From NCBI RefSeq assembly GCF_009914755.1, contig NC_060945.1: a stretch of 64,000 nucleotides of DNA; one strand, 5' to 3'. Shown here in pieces: positions 1 through 12,881 of this stretch (its first letter is position 1; each line of letters starts with the position of its first letter). Source of the DNA: the human T2T-CHM13v2.0 reference genome, Homo sapiens. The notes under the pieces were generated by a model, which worked only from the letters and a program-made list of their open reading frames with translations, did not search any database and was not told where the DNA came from. Made by a program: the position numbers and the translations under genes.

Positions 1-203
1 GGCGATTCTCTTGCCTCAGCCTCCCAGTTAGCTGGGATTACAGGCGCTTGCCACCACACCCAGTTTGTGTTTTTTTTGTATTTTTAGTAGAGACGGGGTT
101 TCACCATGTTGGCCAGGATGGTCTTGATCTCCTGCCCTCGTGATCCACCCACCTTGGCTTCCCAAAATGCTGGGATTACAAGTGTGAACCACTGCACCCG
201 GCC
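1..203 (-). mobile_element. Alu SINE, partial (runs off window start), AluSc/Y-like
   Basis: Antisense Alu sequence ending CACCCGGCC; GGATGGTCTTGATCTCCTG diagnostic region. Confidence 0.95.
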
Positions 204-839
204 TGCAAGCATCTTTGATCTTTGCAGCAGTTTGCTAATGAAATCAATAAACTTAACCTGGACTTTTATCTTCAGAATTATTTCCAATAGTTTTAATTAA
301 ACATTTTGCTAGCATTAATAATTCACTTTTTTTTTAGTGGATAAATTAACACATGTTAACTGCTTATGGCTAACAGATGTAGTGTTAACAAAACTCTAGT
401 TTCCAAAGTAATTTTGTCTTTTGTCGCTGATTTCAGAAAGTATCAACTCTTGAAATGAAGACAGATGAAACCATTTTAGGAAAAAATAAATAGGAAAAAA
501 GAGGCATTAATCATCAAAACAAAAAGATCTGAGCATAAGAACAAATATTGTGGTAAGAAAAGTTTGATAGAAGAGCAAATATTTGGCAAGAAAAATTTAC
601 CATTGTTTCCTGGAAGGGCATAGTGATTAAAATCTCATCTTTGGGGACCAGACTTTTTAAATTTTTTGTGTCTCCTAAAAAGAAGGTTTGTTTTCATTAT
701 GCATTTTATTTTTCTATTTTCAAGTCATTCTAAATAAAATTAGGAACAAAATATAAGTTTTATGGTTCCTATGCTTCGTCTATATTTAAAAATATATTTT
801 AAAAAACTTATATTTTCTAAAAATTAAAAGGAGGCATAC

Positions 840-1555
840 TGTAACTACCTGATGGATTCTTCTTGCCCACTGTACAGACAAAATCAATCTAATAAGAACA
901 TGGCATTCAATGAAAGAAAGATTTTAGTTGATGCAAAGCTGGCCAAAACATGCAGGAGATGGAGTTTTTACTTATATCAATCTCCTTGAAGGCTGGAAGG
1001 TTAGGGGTTTTTCAAACATAGGTTAGTGGGCAGAGGGTATGGGGAGTGCTGAATTCTAAGTTTGGAGATGAAATCATAGGGAGTTGGAGCTGTTCTCATG
1101 CACTGAGTCGGTTCCAGGGTGAGGGCCACAGGACGAGTTGATAAGTCTGGGTTGGTCCATTTGGTTGGCAGAAATGCGAAAACCTAAGAAGACATCTCAA
1201 AAGGCCAATCCTAGGTTCTACAATAGTCATGTCATCTGCAGGAGTAATTAGGGAAGTTGCAAATCTTGGGACCTCCAGTCCATGGCTGGTTAATTATTTA
1301 ACTACACCTACATCTTAGTAGAATTCATGTCCTTCTCATTCTCCTAACTTGGTGGCCTTTCATTGGTTTCACAAGGGCAGTTTAGTTCTTGGGAAGGGCT
1401 ATTATCATTCAAACTATAAAATAAATTTCTCCCAAAGATAGCTTGGACCATGCCCAGCAATGAGCAAATATAACCAACCTGTGAGACTACAAGCAAGATG
1501 GAGTCAGCTGTTCAGAATTCTCTTACTGTCATAATTTTGCAAAGGCATTTTTTCA
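840..1555 (-). mobile_element. ERV1 solo LTR, LTR8B/LTR8A-like
   Basis: TG...CA termini; 4-bp TSD ATAC (836-839, 1556-1559); minus strand reads GCCTTTGCAAAATTATGACAG...GACTCCATCTTGCTT as in the LTR8 family. Confidence 0.85.
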
Positions 1556-1652
1556 ATACCTTTTAATAAATTGATAAGCTGTATTTTTTTGTAGATGTTT
1601 CAGTTTTCTAGTTATAAAATTATTTGAGCAACATATTAAGTACTCAGACACA

Positions 1653-1755
1653 GTTAAAGTAAAAATACTAATATTTATTAATGTCTACTTTTTTCTTAAC
1701 TCGTTAAAGTAAAAATACTAATATTTATTAATAAATGTCTACTTTTTTCTTAACT
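1653..1755. repeat. ~50-bp tandem duplication
   Basis: GTTAAAGTAAAAATACTAATATTTATTAAT(aaat)GTCTACTTTTTTCTTAACT at 1653-1701 and 1703-1755. Confidence 0.95.
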
Positions 1756-1775
1756 AGGTTGCTTATCTGAAAGAA

Positions 1776-2447
1776 GGAAACCGCCTTTGCAGAAGTGAAA
1801 GAAACCTAACTTAACTGACTCCATCTTGCTTCTACCTTCCAAGCTGTCCTTGTTCATTCCGGGCATAGGCTGAACAAACTTTGGGAGAAACCTAGTTTAT
1901 AGTTTATAGTTTAAACAAAGATGGTAACAGCCCTTTTCCAAAGCGGACCTCCTTCTTGTCTGGGAACTAGAGTGCCTTTGTAGGACTAATATTAGCCACA
2001 ATATTAGAGATTATGGTTTAGGAGTCATGCAGCTGGAGGCTACAAGATTCTGACCCTCTCTAAACTGCTCCTAAGAACACTGAGATATTTTTCAGACCCT
2101 GCACTTGATGGATCAGCTGGCACCACCCAGATCAATAAACTGGCTCATCTGATCTTGTGGCCCAAACCCAGGAACTGACTCAGCAGAAGACAGCTTCAAC
2201 TCACTATTATTTCATCCCTGATCAATCAGCACTCCTGGCTCACTGCTTCTCCCCACCCAACTTCTAAGTTATCCTTAGAAACTCTGCTCTCCAAATGCTT
2301 GGAGAGACTGATATGAGTAATAATAAAACTTCGGTCTCCCGCACAGCTGGCTCTGCATCAATTACTCTTTTTTTATTGCAATTCCCCTATACTGATGAAT
2401 TAGCTCTGTCTAGGCAGCAGGCAAGGTGAACCCCTTGGGCGGTTACA
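1776..2447 (+). mobile_element. ERV1 solo LTR, LTR8
   Basis: Starts gGAAACCGCCTTTGCA, ends CAAGGTGAACCCCTTGGGCGGTTACA; near-TSD AGAA/ACAA. Confidence 0.9.
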
Positions 2448-2470
2448 ACAACATATTGTGCAGATCACTA

Positions 2471-2884
2471 TGATGCAGGATTTTTGCTTCTCAGTTCAGC
2501 TAAATCCATGTTCTTGTCTCACAACCAGGAAAAATTAGGCACAAGGACACATTGAAGAGTGAGCGGGCGGAATATATTAAGTGAAAGGAAAGCTCTCAAC
2601 AAAGAGAGAGGTCCTGCACTTAGGTTTCCACCTCACAAAATTGAATGCCAGGTTACCACACACTAGTTGAAGAGGCAAGGCTCCTCCCCAGCATAAGGTG
2701 TGAATTTCTGGTGGCTATACTCTATTCACCCCGTGCATGTGGGGAATGCCCAAACAAGACAAGCCCCCTATGCAGGTTCCCCTATCTGCAAAAACCTGGT
2801 GGAAAGACTTGTGGGATGGGTTGGAAATTCTCCAGGGACCTTTCTCTATTTGCCTGAGCATTTGGCTGTCTCTTGCCCCTATCA
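2471..2884 (-). mobile_element. ERV1 solo LTR, MER61-like
   Basis: TG...CA termini; 4-bp TSD ACTA (2467-2470, 2885-2888); minus strand starts TGATAGGGGCAAGAGACAGCCAAATG. Confidence 0.8.
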
Positions 2885-3879
2885 ACTATTCACTACATAA
2901 AATTAGTCCCTTGCAAGTATTTTCATGCTTATCCCAAAGCTTGTGTAGATGACACTTCATTTCAGTTAATGGGTTCTGTGAAAAGTTTTCCTTAAATAAG
3001 CAAGAAGAAAAAAATGCTGTCTTTTCGATCTAGAACGCTCACACCAATCATAAAAAGAAAAATCAACTTGTATTAAATTGGTTCTACAAAAGATATGTTA
3101 ACTGGAACAGAGTTCAATATCTATAGAAAATGTTAGATGGAAACCAAAACTTGAACATTGTTTTTAATTAAAAAAGGCTCATTAGTTTTGAGTTTGTCAG
3201 CACAATAACCTAAATATGTCTGCAAAATAACAGAGTCATTATCATTGAACTATATGTAGATCTGAAAATAAGTATCAGTACAACAGGCTTCCCCCCTCTA
3301 CTTTTTTCCTTCCTGCCCTACCCACGAATAGAGAACAACTTCTCTTTCACCTGTGCCAAGGATTAGGAGAAATGGTAAATTATTAGTTTATATATATATA
3401 TATATATCCAGGAATTAAAAAATTGCATGCAAATTTAAAACAATGTTCTACAGCAGTAATTTAACTAGCATTAGAAGGTTGAAGACATTAGTATATAAAA
3501 GTTCATTTGATTTAATTCATTATTTTAAGCTAGAAATTTACTCCCGTGCAATTCACTTTTTTCCTTTCTTTTTTTCAGGTGTAAGTACAAACTGGAAAAG
3601 GATATTTAATTATTAATTTAGAAGAGAAAAAGTTGTGCAGAGGGTGAGCTAACATAGATGGAAGAACGGAACGTAAATATATCAATTCTGCCGTTTAAAT
3701 AAGAATCAAACTGGCCTCAAACCACAGCAGCGTAATTTCCATAGAGAAAAAAGTAAAACTCGAATAAAAGAATTAACTAAATAAAATACACCCAAAAAAA
3801 GACAAAATCAATTTTTATTTCAAGTGTTCATGGAGGAGATAAGTATAGATCTCAGGTAGTCTCATTAAGCACAGTTTTC

Positions 3880-4570
3880 AGAAATTATAAAAAGTTGAAA
3901 TATTGCAGACAAGACTATGTGATTATATTACACTAAAATAAAATGTCAAAAACATAAGCACATATAAAAACTGTTACTAAAAATAACAATTATATGATAG
4001 CTTTGAAAACCATATTAATTATTTGTGGATCTAATACATTTAAGTCTATCTAGAGTAAACATGCACACACACATATGTATAATTAAAACATTACATAGCC
4101 ATCCTGGTGGGAAATAGCTAAAGCTGAGCACAGAATAAGAGTAACAGTATTAAATATTTTTGTTAATTTAATTTTGTTTAAATAAACTCATGAATTTCAA
4201 CATTTAGCAAAGAAAGACAACAAAGACTATTACAACCTAAGAAAGCAAAGGGGGCATAAAGCAAAGGGAGGCAATTAAACATAAAGGTAGAAAATAGCCA
4301 ATTAAAGGCAATAATGTGATAGAAACCATATAAAAATTGAAATGCGGTTATCTGATAATCAAAATATTAGCTAACAGCCAACAAATACATAAAAATGCAA
4401 CACTCAAAATAAGAGATGGTTATTAGGAAACCACAACATATACAAATAATTAAATAATCGAAAGATTCCTTTGCCCAATGCTATTTAATAAATTTAAGGA
4501 TCAGAATTAAATGGATAAAACTGTAGAAAAATAGAACATAGGAAACTTGGTAAAGGAACTCAAATATAAA
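3880..4570 (+). mobile_element. Ancient L1 (L1M-type) ORF2 remnant
   Basis: A-rich degenerate L1 ORF2-like text (e.g. AAATGGATAAAACTGTAGAAAAAT); boundaries approximate. Confidence 0.5.
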
Positions 4571-4781
4571 ACGGTGTAGTTAAAGTGACGGGTCATAACT
4601 AAATAAATTCATTTTAACCACAATGCAAAATTTATCTTAAGCAGAAAAGGTTTTCAATATTTCACCTTTTTAATACCCTTGATGCAATTTAAATATTCAA
4701 TTTCAATTTATTATTTCAAAAATTATCGTTCCATGCAAAAATGTGAGTGTTTTATTACCCTATATTTTTTCAGAAACTGAT

Positions 4782-5154
4782 AGTTATGAACTGAATTGTG
4801 CCCCTCCCTCAAATTCATATGTTGAAACCCTAATCCGTAATGTGACTATATTTGGCCATAAAACCTCCAAAGAGGTAATTAAGGTCAAATGAGGTCACAA
4901 AGTTGAGGCTCTAATTCAATATGACTAATGTCCTCATAGAAAGAGGGAGAGACACTAGACATGTGACATGTGAGAATATAGTCAGAAGGTGGCCATCTGT
5001 AAGCCAAGGAGAGAGGCCTCAGGATAAACCAAATGTCTAGACACTTTGATCGTAGACTTTCAGCCTTGGGAACTTTGAGAAAAAAATATATATCTGTTTT
5101 ATAAACCATACAACTGGTGATAATTTGTTATGGCAGCTCTTGCAGACTAATATG
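4782..5154 (+). mobile_element. MaLR solo LTR, MLT1A/B-like
   Basis: TGAATTGTGCCCC...AAATTCATATGTTGAA start; GTTATGGCAGC...CTAATA end; 5-bp TSD CTGAT. Confidence 0.9.
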
Positions 5155-5489
5155 CTGATAATAGAATTCAATACAAATCGCATGCCTTTTGAAATGTTTA
5201 AAGTTCAGCCAGTCATATTCAATTATGATTGATATTATTTTCCTAGGTGGAAATATAATACTCTTACATTGGAATATATAATATTTAGCACTAAGTGTGA
5301 ATGCATATTTTAAGAGAGGGTTACAATATTGAGGTACCTATTTAAGATAATAATACTGGACACTTTCTACAGTTGTTTAATATTATTTTCTCTAAGTTCA
5401 ATTATTTTTATTTAGGGCAAACTGGAACTGCAGTACTATTCTAGATTACCGGGATTTGTTGTTTCAATAAAAGCAAAAGAGCTGCGTTT

Positions 5490-5745
5490 GATCTAACAAT
5501 GTTTAGTGAGTGCCTTCTATATATCAGACTTCGCTCTAGGCACTAAAGACATAGCAGTTATTGAAACTGAGTCAGTCTCTGCTTCAGTATAACTTGTATG
5601 TAATGGGGAGACATAATGATAATTACATGATGTATCAGCTGGTGCATAAGCACTGTGAAAAAAAATCAAACAGGATAAAGGGAACATTTGGAGTGCCACT
5701 TTTTGGTTTATAAGGGACTCCTTAGAGAAAGTGGCATCTGAGCAG
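5490..5745 (-). mobile_element. L2 3'-end fragment
   Basis: TTTAGTGAGTGCCTTCTAT...CTAGGCACTAAAGACATAGCAG resembles antisense L2 3' end. Confidence 0.6.
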
Positions 5746-6299
5746 AAAAATACATTATTCCCTTTATATTTTATCATCACTTGAGTTGTATTATTTGTTA
5801 GTGGGAATAATTGTGCCAGAGACTGTTTCAATATGACATGACCAATCAGAATATCCAACCTTCCTAGAGTGTTTTCCCAAACTGTGACATGGAGTGAACA
5901 AGAGTTGCCAGATTCTTCAGTTGCTCCCCAATTTGCCAATACGATTTGGGGAAAAAATTTAGATCATGTGTTTTAGGGCCTTAGTTATCCAGAACAGAAA
6001 ACAAATATCTTGAGGCTAGAGATTGTGCTTTCATGTCCAGTTTTAGTTCTCATATCTTCCTTCTGAATAGATAAGAGGATATGAAAAATAAATTAAATTA
6101 ACTGGTAATAAAAAAAATGATAGAAATTTCTGCATCAAGTTTATTAACAAAAAATATTTTTGAATCTTATGATAGTGTGTTTCAGAGGGAAGACTTAGAA
6201 AACGGGAAAAATAAAAAAGAACAATGGGTTTGGTGAAAGGAAAATTTCTGCACTGAGAATGAGTTTAGATTACATGCTTGCTAAGACAGCTTCTTCCTT

Positions 6300-6602
6300 T
6301 AAGAGTCGCAGAGGTAGATAATGGAGAGGTAGAGAAAAGAGACGGGGAGGGATGAGAGGGTAGGTGGGAGGAAGGACAAAGAGAAGTGGCTTAAAGGGTA
6401 CAGACATACAGTTGGATGGAAGAAAAAAATTCAATGTTTGATAGATGTTTAGGGTGACTAGAGTCAAACAAAAATATATTGCACTTGGAAGGCGGACACC
6501 CTAAATACTATGACCCGATCACTGTGCATTATATACATGCAATAAAATCTCACATGTACCCAATTTACTTGTAAACACTTTTTTAAAAAAATAATTAAAT
6601 AA
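6300..6602 (+). mobile_element. Old L1 3' UTR fragment (L1MA/L1PB-type)
   Basis: G-rich tract, AAAGGGTACAGACATACAG, AATAAAATCTCACATGTACCC and A-rich tail. Confidence 0.75.
6344..6368 (+). other. G-quadruplex-forming motif in L1 3' UTR
   Basis: GGGG-A-GGG-ATGAGA-GGG-TAGGT-GGG fits G3+(N1-7 G3+)3. Confidence 0.6.
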
Positions 6603-7189
6603 ATGCTTGCTGCTTAAAAAAGGAAAAAAATTGAAAACGTTATTTTGAAGACTTGTAGCCAAGAAAAATTAGAATTTAGCTGAAACTGTAGAAAATAATA
6701 AAAAGCAAAAACAAAATTAGGCAAACTAGAATCTAATAACAAATGTACTCTAGTTTTGAAACAATGTTTTCTCTCTCCAGTCTCCCATTTCTACTAAAGA
6801 AAAATCATGGTAGGACTGGTTTGCATTATCATACTTGGTCTAATTATTAGTATACAGTGCAGCAAGAATAATTATTTTTTACATAGGCTTTTAAATTGGC
6901 TTTGATGGAACTTTGTTCCATAGGAGGAATCTCAGATAAGACATTTTTAAAGCCGGGCCCAGTCATGGATTTGCGCCATCAAATATCCATGAGTGGGGTG
7001 AATTTCCTCTCCTCTTAAGGTTCCAAGATCAACGTGTAGCTTCTGTGCCTGTCAGAAAGTGACATTCTTTACTTACCACGGGTCAGAAACCCTGTACAGG
7101 GACTGTGTACACAAAATATGAGGCAAATTTTTCCAAAGGCTTTATTGTCTCCATAAGTCAGGTTTGATTCCTTAAAGGAAAGCACACCA

Positions 7190-7529
<340 letters not shown>

Positions 7530-8480
7530 CTACAAATGAAAACAGATTCTTATTGCACTTATGCAAATAACTGTATTGCCATAAGTTAAGAATACTCAGA
7601 GTTTCCAAATTCTGGAGAAATCAGGTAGAGAGAAACAAATATGCTCCAAATTTTGTTCATGGGAGTATACTAAATTATTAAAAGCTGTCATTAGCTCGAA
7701 AGAAAAGTTTCAAGATGCTGAAATACAAAACAAAAGATCAGCAATGTTTTAAACAAAAAGTCAAAAGGATTAGTCTATGTAGTTATTCCATGTTCTGCTT
7801 GATACTCATGAACATTTTAGCTCTCCATGAGTCCTGAAAGTTTTTCCTCTATTCTGATGTCATAATCTCCAAAGTTATCAGAAACCTGCATTCAAGAACA
7901 CCTGTTGAAGTTTTATAGCTGATTATAAAACCACCTTCTAAGGAGAACTAAAGCAAGACAACAATTATCCACGAATGAAAAAAAAATGGTTTTAAGGCAG
8001 CCATAGTCAAAAGACACAATTGACAAAGAAACCTATTACCTCTGTGGCACACAACAATTTTAACATAACAATTATGATAATTACTGATAATTTACACTAA
8101 GTTTTATCAGAATTAGGAGTTTCCCATAATTTTGGAACATATACCAATAAAATATTTATACAACTACAGCACCCCCCCACAAAAAACACCATTTCATATT
8201 AGATAATGCTTCCTGTATAATTTTTATACCAAATAAGCCAAATCATGTCATTTTTGGATTTTAGGGAACCTAATATTTTAAAGGATTAATTAGATTAGAA
8301 AAAGACATAATTTATAACTTGATTTTGGAAAGTCTGAAATGTAAATGGTTTAAAATACTTGATATTACAAAATAGGATTACAGATCATTGTAAAGTCATT
8401 TATTTAACCAAAGTGATAATGCAAGCATTTCAAAAAAGAAAAAAAATTTTATTCTTTGAGAGAGGAGACTTAATTTTCTA

Positions 8481-8806
<326 letters not shown>

Positions 8807-9931
8807 AAGAAGCATGAAGACAATTATATTTGTTTTTCAAAATTTTGCAAACAATCTATAAAGTTTAATCCTGATTATCAAATGTAACTTCTGTAAGCCT
8901 TTTATAACCTTTATAACCTTTATTAAGTAGTTGGTTAATGCTTAAAGAAAAACTTGTTAATCTGACACAGGAGTCCATATTCTAATTTTTCATCAGTCAG
9001 CCTTTGATACTAATGATTAATTTATAGAGGAACTAAACTTATTTTATCTTCCTAAAATGGCCCTTACAATTTTACATGCCCACTACTTCCACGATAGTCT
9101 CTGGGCCTTGAGGAGTTAAGTAGCTTTAACTTCTTGTCCTGTGTCTCAGGAATGCAGTTCATTTAGATTGGCATCTTCTATGGGACCTGAAGATGAGGCT
9201 TTAATTGCTGGCCATGTTGAAGAATTAGCCGGACTTGGTGTCCTTTTTAGACCCAGGAGTTAAAGCTCTGTAACTCAATGTTACAAGGACTTTGAAAGCA
9301 TACACAGGGAGATACATGTATGTAATAACCTTAATTTAAAAAAAAAATTATCTCGGTTGTTATTTTTTCCTAAGCAAACCAAAACTTAATAACATGATAA
9401 CTTGATTATATAAAAGCATATTTTTTCTATATAAATTATCTTATTCTGACTTACACTGAGCCTTCATGATATGATTGGATTTTAGGGTTTGCTCTGAACA
9501 TCCCTCCTTTATAAAAAAACAGTTGTTTTAGAACTAAATTTACTACACAAGATTTTTTTACATATAAAATTATTTCTCTTTTAGCTTTTTACCTCAAAAA
9601 AATACTTCTATATTTTTATAACTTCCTTTACATCTTTTTTTATTTCTTGGTTCCTTTTACCTTGTTTTATATATAACCTTTAAGTAAGTTTTGAATTAGA
9701 CAAAACTTGTTCACCTTGTTTTTTAGCAAGAATGTTTTTTCCTACAATATCTATTTATTAGAAAATACCCAGAAAATGAAATAGCTATTATTTAATTTAA
9801 TATTACTTTATATTCTAAATTATGTCCAGTTTGTCTATAGGTATTTATCCCATTACATTTACCTAATTTTTTAATATTAATTGTTTACCTAGATTATTTA
9901 TGAAAACTGTGATAGTCGTGATTTAAAGTTA

Positions 9932-10180
9932 TGAGATCACCATTGCCAAATTATAACTGAAACAGTGAAAAAAGATTTGACCTAACTGACTCCATTTTGC
10001 TCTTAACTTCCAAGCTGTCGTTGTTTATTCCTGGGCAGAGGTCAAACTAACTTTGGGAGGAACTTAGTTTATAGTTCACACTTTAGCATTGAAACAAGGC
10101 TATGAAACAGTCCTTTCCCAACACAAACCTCCTTATTGTCTGTGGACTAAACTGCCTAAAGCCACAGGATTAGAAGTTAT
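9932..10180 (+). mobile_element. LTR8A-like 5' fragment embedded antisense in MER4-int
   Basis: CTAACTGACTCCATTTTGCTC...CCAAGCTGTC...AACTTTGGGAGGAAC parallels 1810-1890. Confidence 0.8.
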
Positions 10181-11470
10181 AGTAATCTTACTAAATTCAA
10201 GATGCAGCTATTTGTATTAAACCTATATCAATGTCTTATTTATTAAAAATTACAAAAGCAAAGATCATCCTGTTTTGGGATGGGTTTATAGTTTTGTAAC
10301 CCCTACGCCAAATTTTGACATCTTATAGTATTGAATAGGAATAATTATGAAATTGTTTGATTAATAAATGTAAACACAAACATATGCTGCCAATTCTTAA
10401 GACATTTCTCATATTATTTTACCAATAATTTTAAAGCTAGCTTATTTATTAAATATTTTACTTGTTACATAAAATTGAAAAAGCATTTGACTAGTCTTTT
10501 CTTTTTCAGTATCTGATTTAAGCACTTTTATTTTTCTTTAAGCCAATTATTTAGAGCTCTTTTATATATTTTTAGCAGTGAAACATTCTGTACACAACAC
10601 ATGAAAGCATATAAAGACATATTACGCGTGCCAATGAAAACACATTTTATAGATTTATAAATACCCCCTCTTTTATTTATTTATTTATTTTTTTGCTATC
10701 ATAGACTTTCAGATTCTTGATAACCTGTTTGACAATGCTAAGCACCTGTCAGCTAAGTAGCCTTACATTTGCACAATAAAGGAAACAGCTCAGGTGAAAA
10801 TCAGAGAGAAAAAGTCTGGTGGTGCTAGAGGGAGACGCTTTTACAGAGTTCCTTTTTTTTTTGAAACAAAGACATTTCTGAGTGTCTAAACTACATTCTT
10901 CCTTAAAAACCCAGGAGTAGCTTCTGTTGCAATAACTGTTTTAGTCAAAAAATGAGGTGAAAAGTTAAGCTGACTTTTAACCATTGAGCTCCTTAAAACA
11001 ATTTTTTTTTAAATCTTATTACAGTATTTCAGCTAGGACAAAATGCTGCTAAACGAACAATGATCACACAAATTATACGATTTCTGAGCGCTCTAAGGGT
11101 AAGCAGAAATTAACACCAGCTGGTTGTTAATGCTAACTTTAGGCATTTAAAAAGAATTTGCAAGACAGAATCCCAAACCAGTTTCTTACCTATTGATGGT
11201 TCTCAGGTTGTACACTGCTCTCTACCATGCTAGAGCAGGAAAAAGAAACTCGTTTTTCCTGTTGGAAGTAAGCTCTGCCTCCATAAAGGAGTTACCTGCC
11301 TTCCATCATCATGGAAGAAAGAAAACCTTACCTTCCTTGTTGGAAGCAAGTAAAACTCCAAAAAAGGAGGAGTTGTACAGCAAAATAAACTTTAGATCTC
11401 GACCAAATTTTGGGACATCAGAACAAGCACTAATAGGAGATTTGTCAAAGATCAGGGGCATCTCCATTCA

Positions 11471-11490
11471 GAATCCCTCCGTGGTTACCA
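11471..11490 (-). promoter_or_regulatory. Retroviral primer binding site, tRNA-Arg(TCG)-like
   Basis: Minus strand TGGTAACCACGGAGGGATTC 3 nt after the LTR; plus strand GAATCCCTCCGTGGTTACCA matches the recalled 3' end of a human tRNA-Arg-TCG plus CCA. Confidence 0.8.
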
Positions 11491-11493
11491 AAA

Positions 11494-11947
11494 TGTGAAC
11501 CCAGAAAATCTGAGACAGATCTCAGTTAATTCAGAAAGTTTGTTTTGCCAAGGTTGAGGACACATCTGTGACACAGCCTCAGGAAGTCCTGATGACATGT
11601 TCCCAAGGTTGGGGCGCAGCTTAGTTTTATACATTTTAGGGAGACATGAGACATCAATCAATATATGTGTACATTGGTTTTTGTCTGGAAAGGTGGGACA
11701 ACTTGAAGCAAAGGCAGGAAGACTTGAAGCAGGGAGAAAGTCACAGATAGGTGAGGCACAAATGGTTGCATTCTTTTGAGTTTCTGATTAGTCTTTCCAA
11801 AGGAGCCAATCATATATGCATCTATGTCAGTAAGCAGAGGGGTGACTTTGAACATAATGGGAGGCAGGTTGGCCCTAAGCAGTTCCCGGCTTGACTCTTC
11901 CCTTTAGCTTGTGATTTGAGGGCCCCAAGATTTATTTTCCTTTCACA
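11494..11947 (-). mobile_element. MER4A/MER4A1-like 5' LTR
   Basis: Minus strand TGTGAAAGGAAAATAAATCTTGGGGCCC...GGGTTCACA with TGTGAA/TTCACA inverted termini. Confidence 0.9.
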
Positions 11948-12603
11948 CCCATTTACTTGTACAAATTAAAAAATAACTTAAATGTTTGCTGTTTTCAACT
12001 AGAAAAGAGGTTATATAATCTCTTCCTCTAAATTTCAAACTCTGTCATGGAACTCACAGGCAGAAAGGTCAGCAGATACAAGGGGCCCTGCTCACTCAGC
12101 CTCCTGTGAATGGGAGACCTACGTAGGCTCTATGCACTGCTGGTCATGGTATGGGTCTGTGGTCCAGCAGACCCTTCCCTACCATAGTTCTACCTTCTTG
12201 AAATTCAAGGGCATGAGTCACCTTGTCATTGGGTGCCCATCAATGACATTCATTACCAAAGTGTCCGCACTTATCTGTCATCTGTTTAGAGACTGTTGGA
12301 AATATCTGGAGACCTTGAAGAGAAGTGAGATTGAGCTGTAGCCCAATGTTGATCATCACACATCTGTGTTAAATACAAGTACACTCTTGGTGTGTAGCCC
12401 TTAAAATTATATTTATGCAAATATGTTTCTGTATGTTTATGGAACTCATGCCTTTAAATATTGGAAGCTGAACATAATTTCTAAAAGCCATGTATGTAAA
12501 AATGTAATATTTCAACGTGTCTACAAATTAAGACATAATTTTACTATAAAAATTGCAAGTTGAGACTGTCCTATTCTCAAAGTAATTTGAAAATAGTAAC
12601 TTT

Positions 12604-12881
<278 letters not shown>

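Noticed and set aside
5517-5939. 140-aa minus-strand ORF
   Set aside because: Non-ATG start, overlaps an L2 remnant, no recognisable domain or exon borders
11471-11490. tRNA gene
   Set aside because: Only the 3' 20 nt including CCA are present next to an LTR, which is a PBS, not a cloverleaf
12040-12360. GC-richer unique-looking stretch with AP-1, GATA and E-box words
   Set aside because: Motif spacing is not a known composite and no repeat family or exon borders could be assigned
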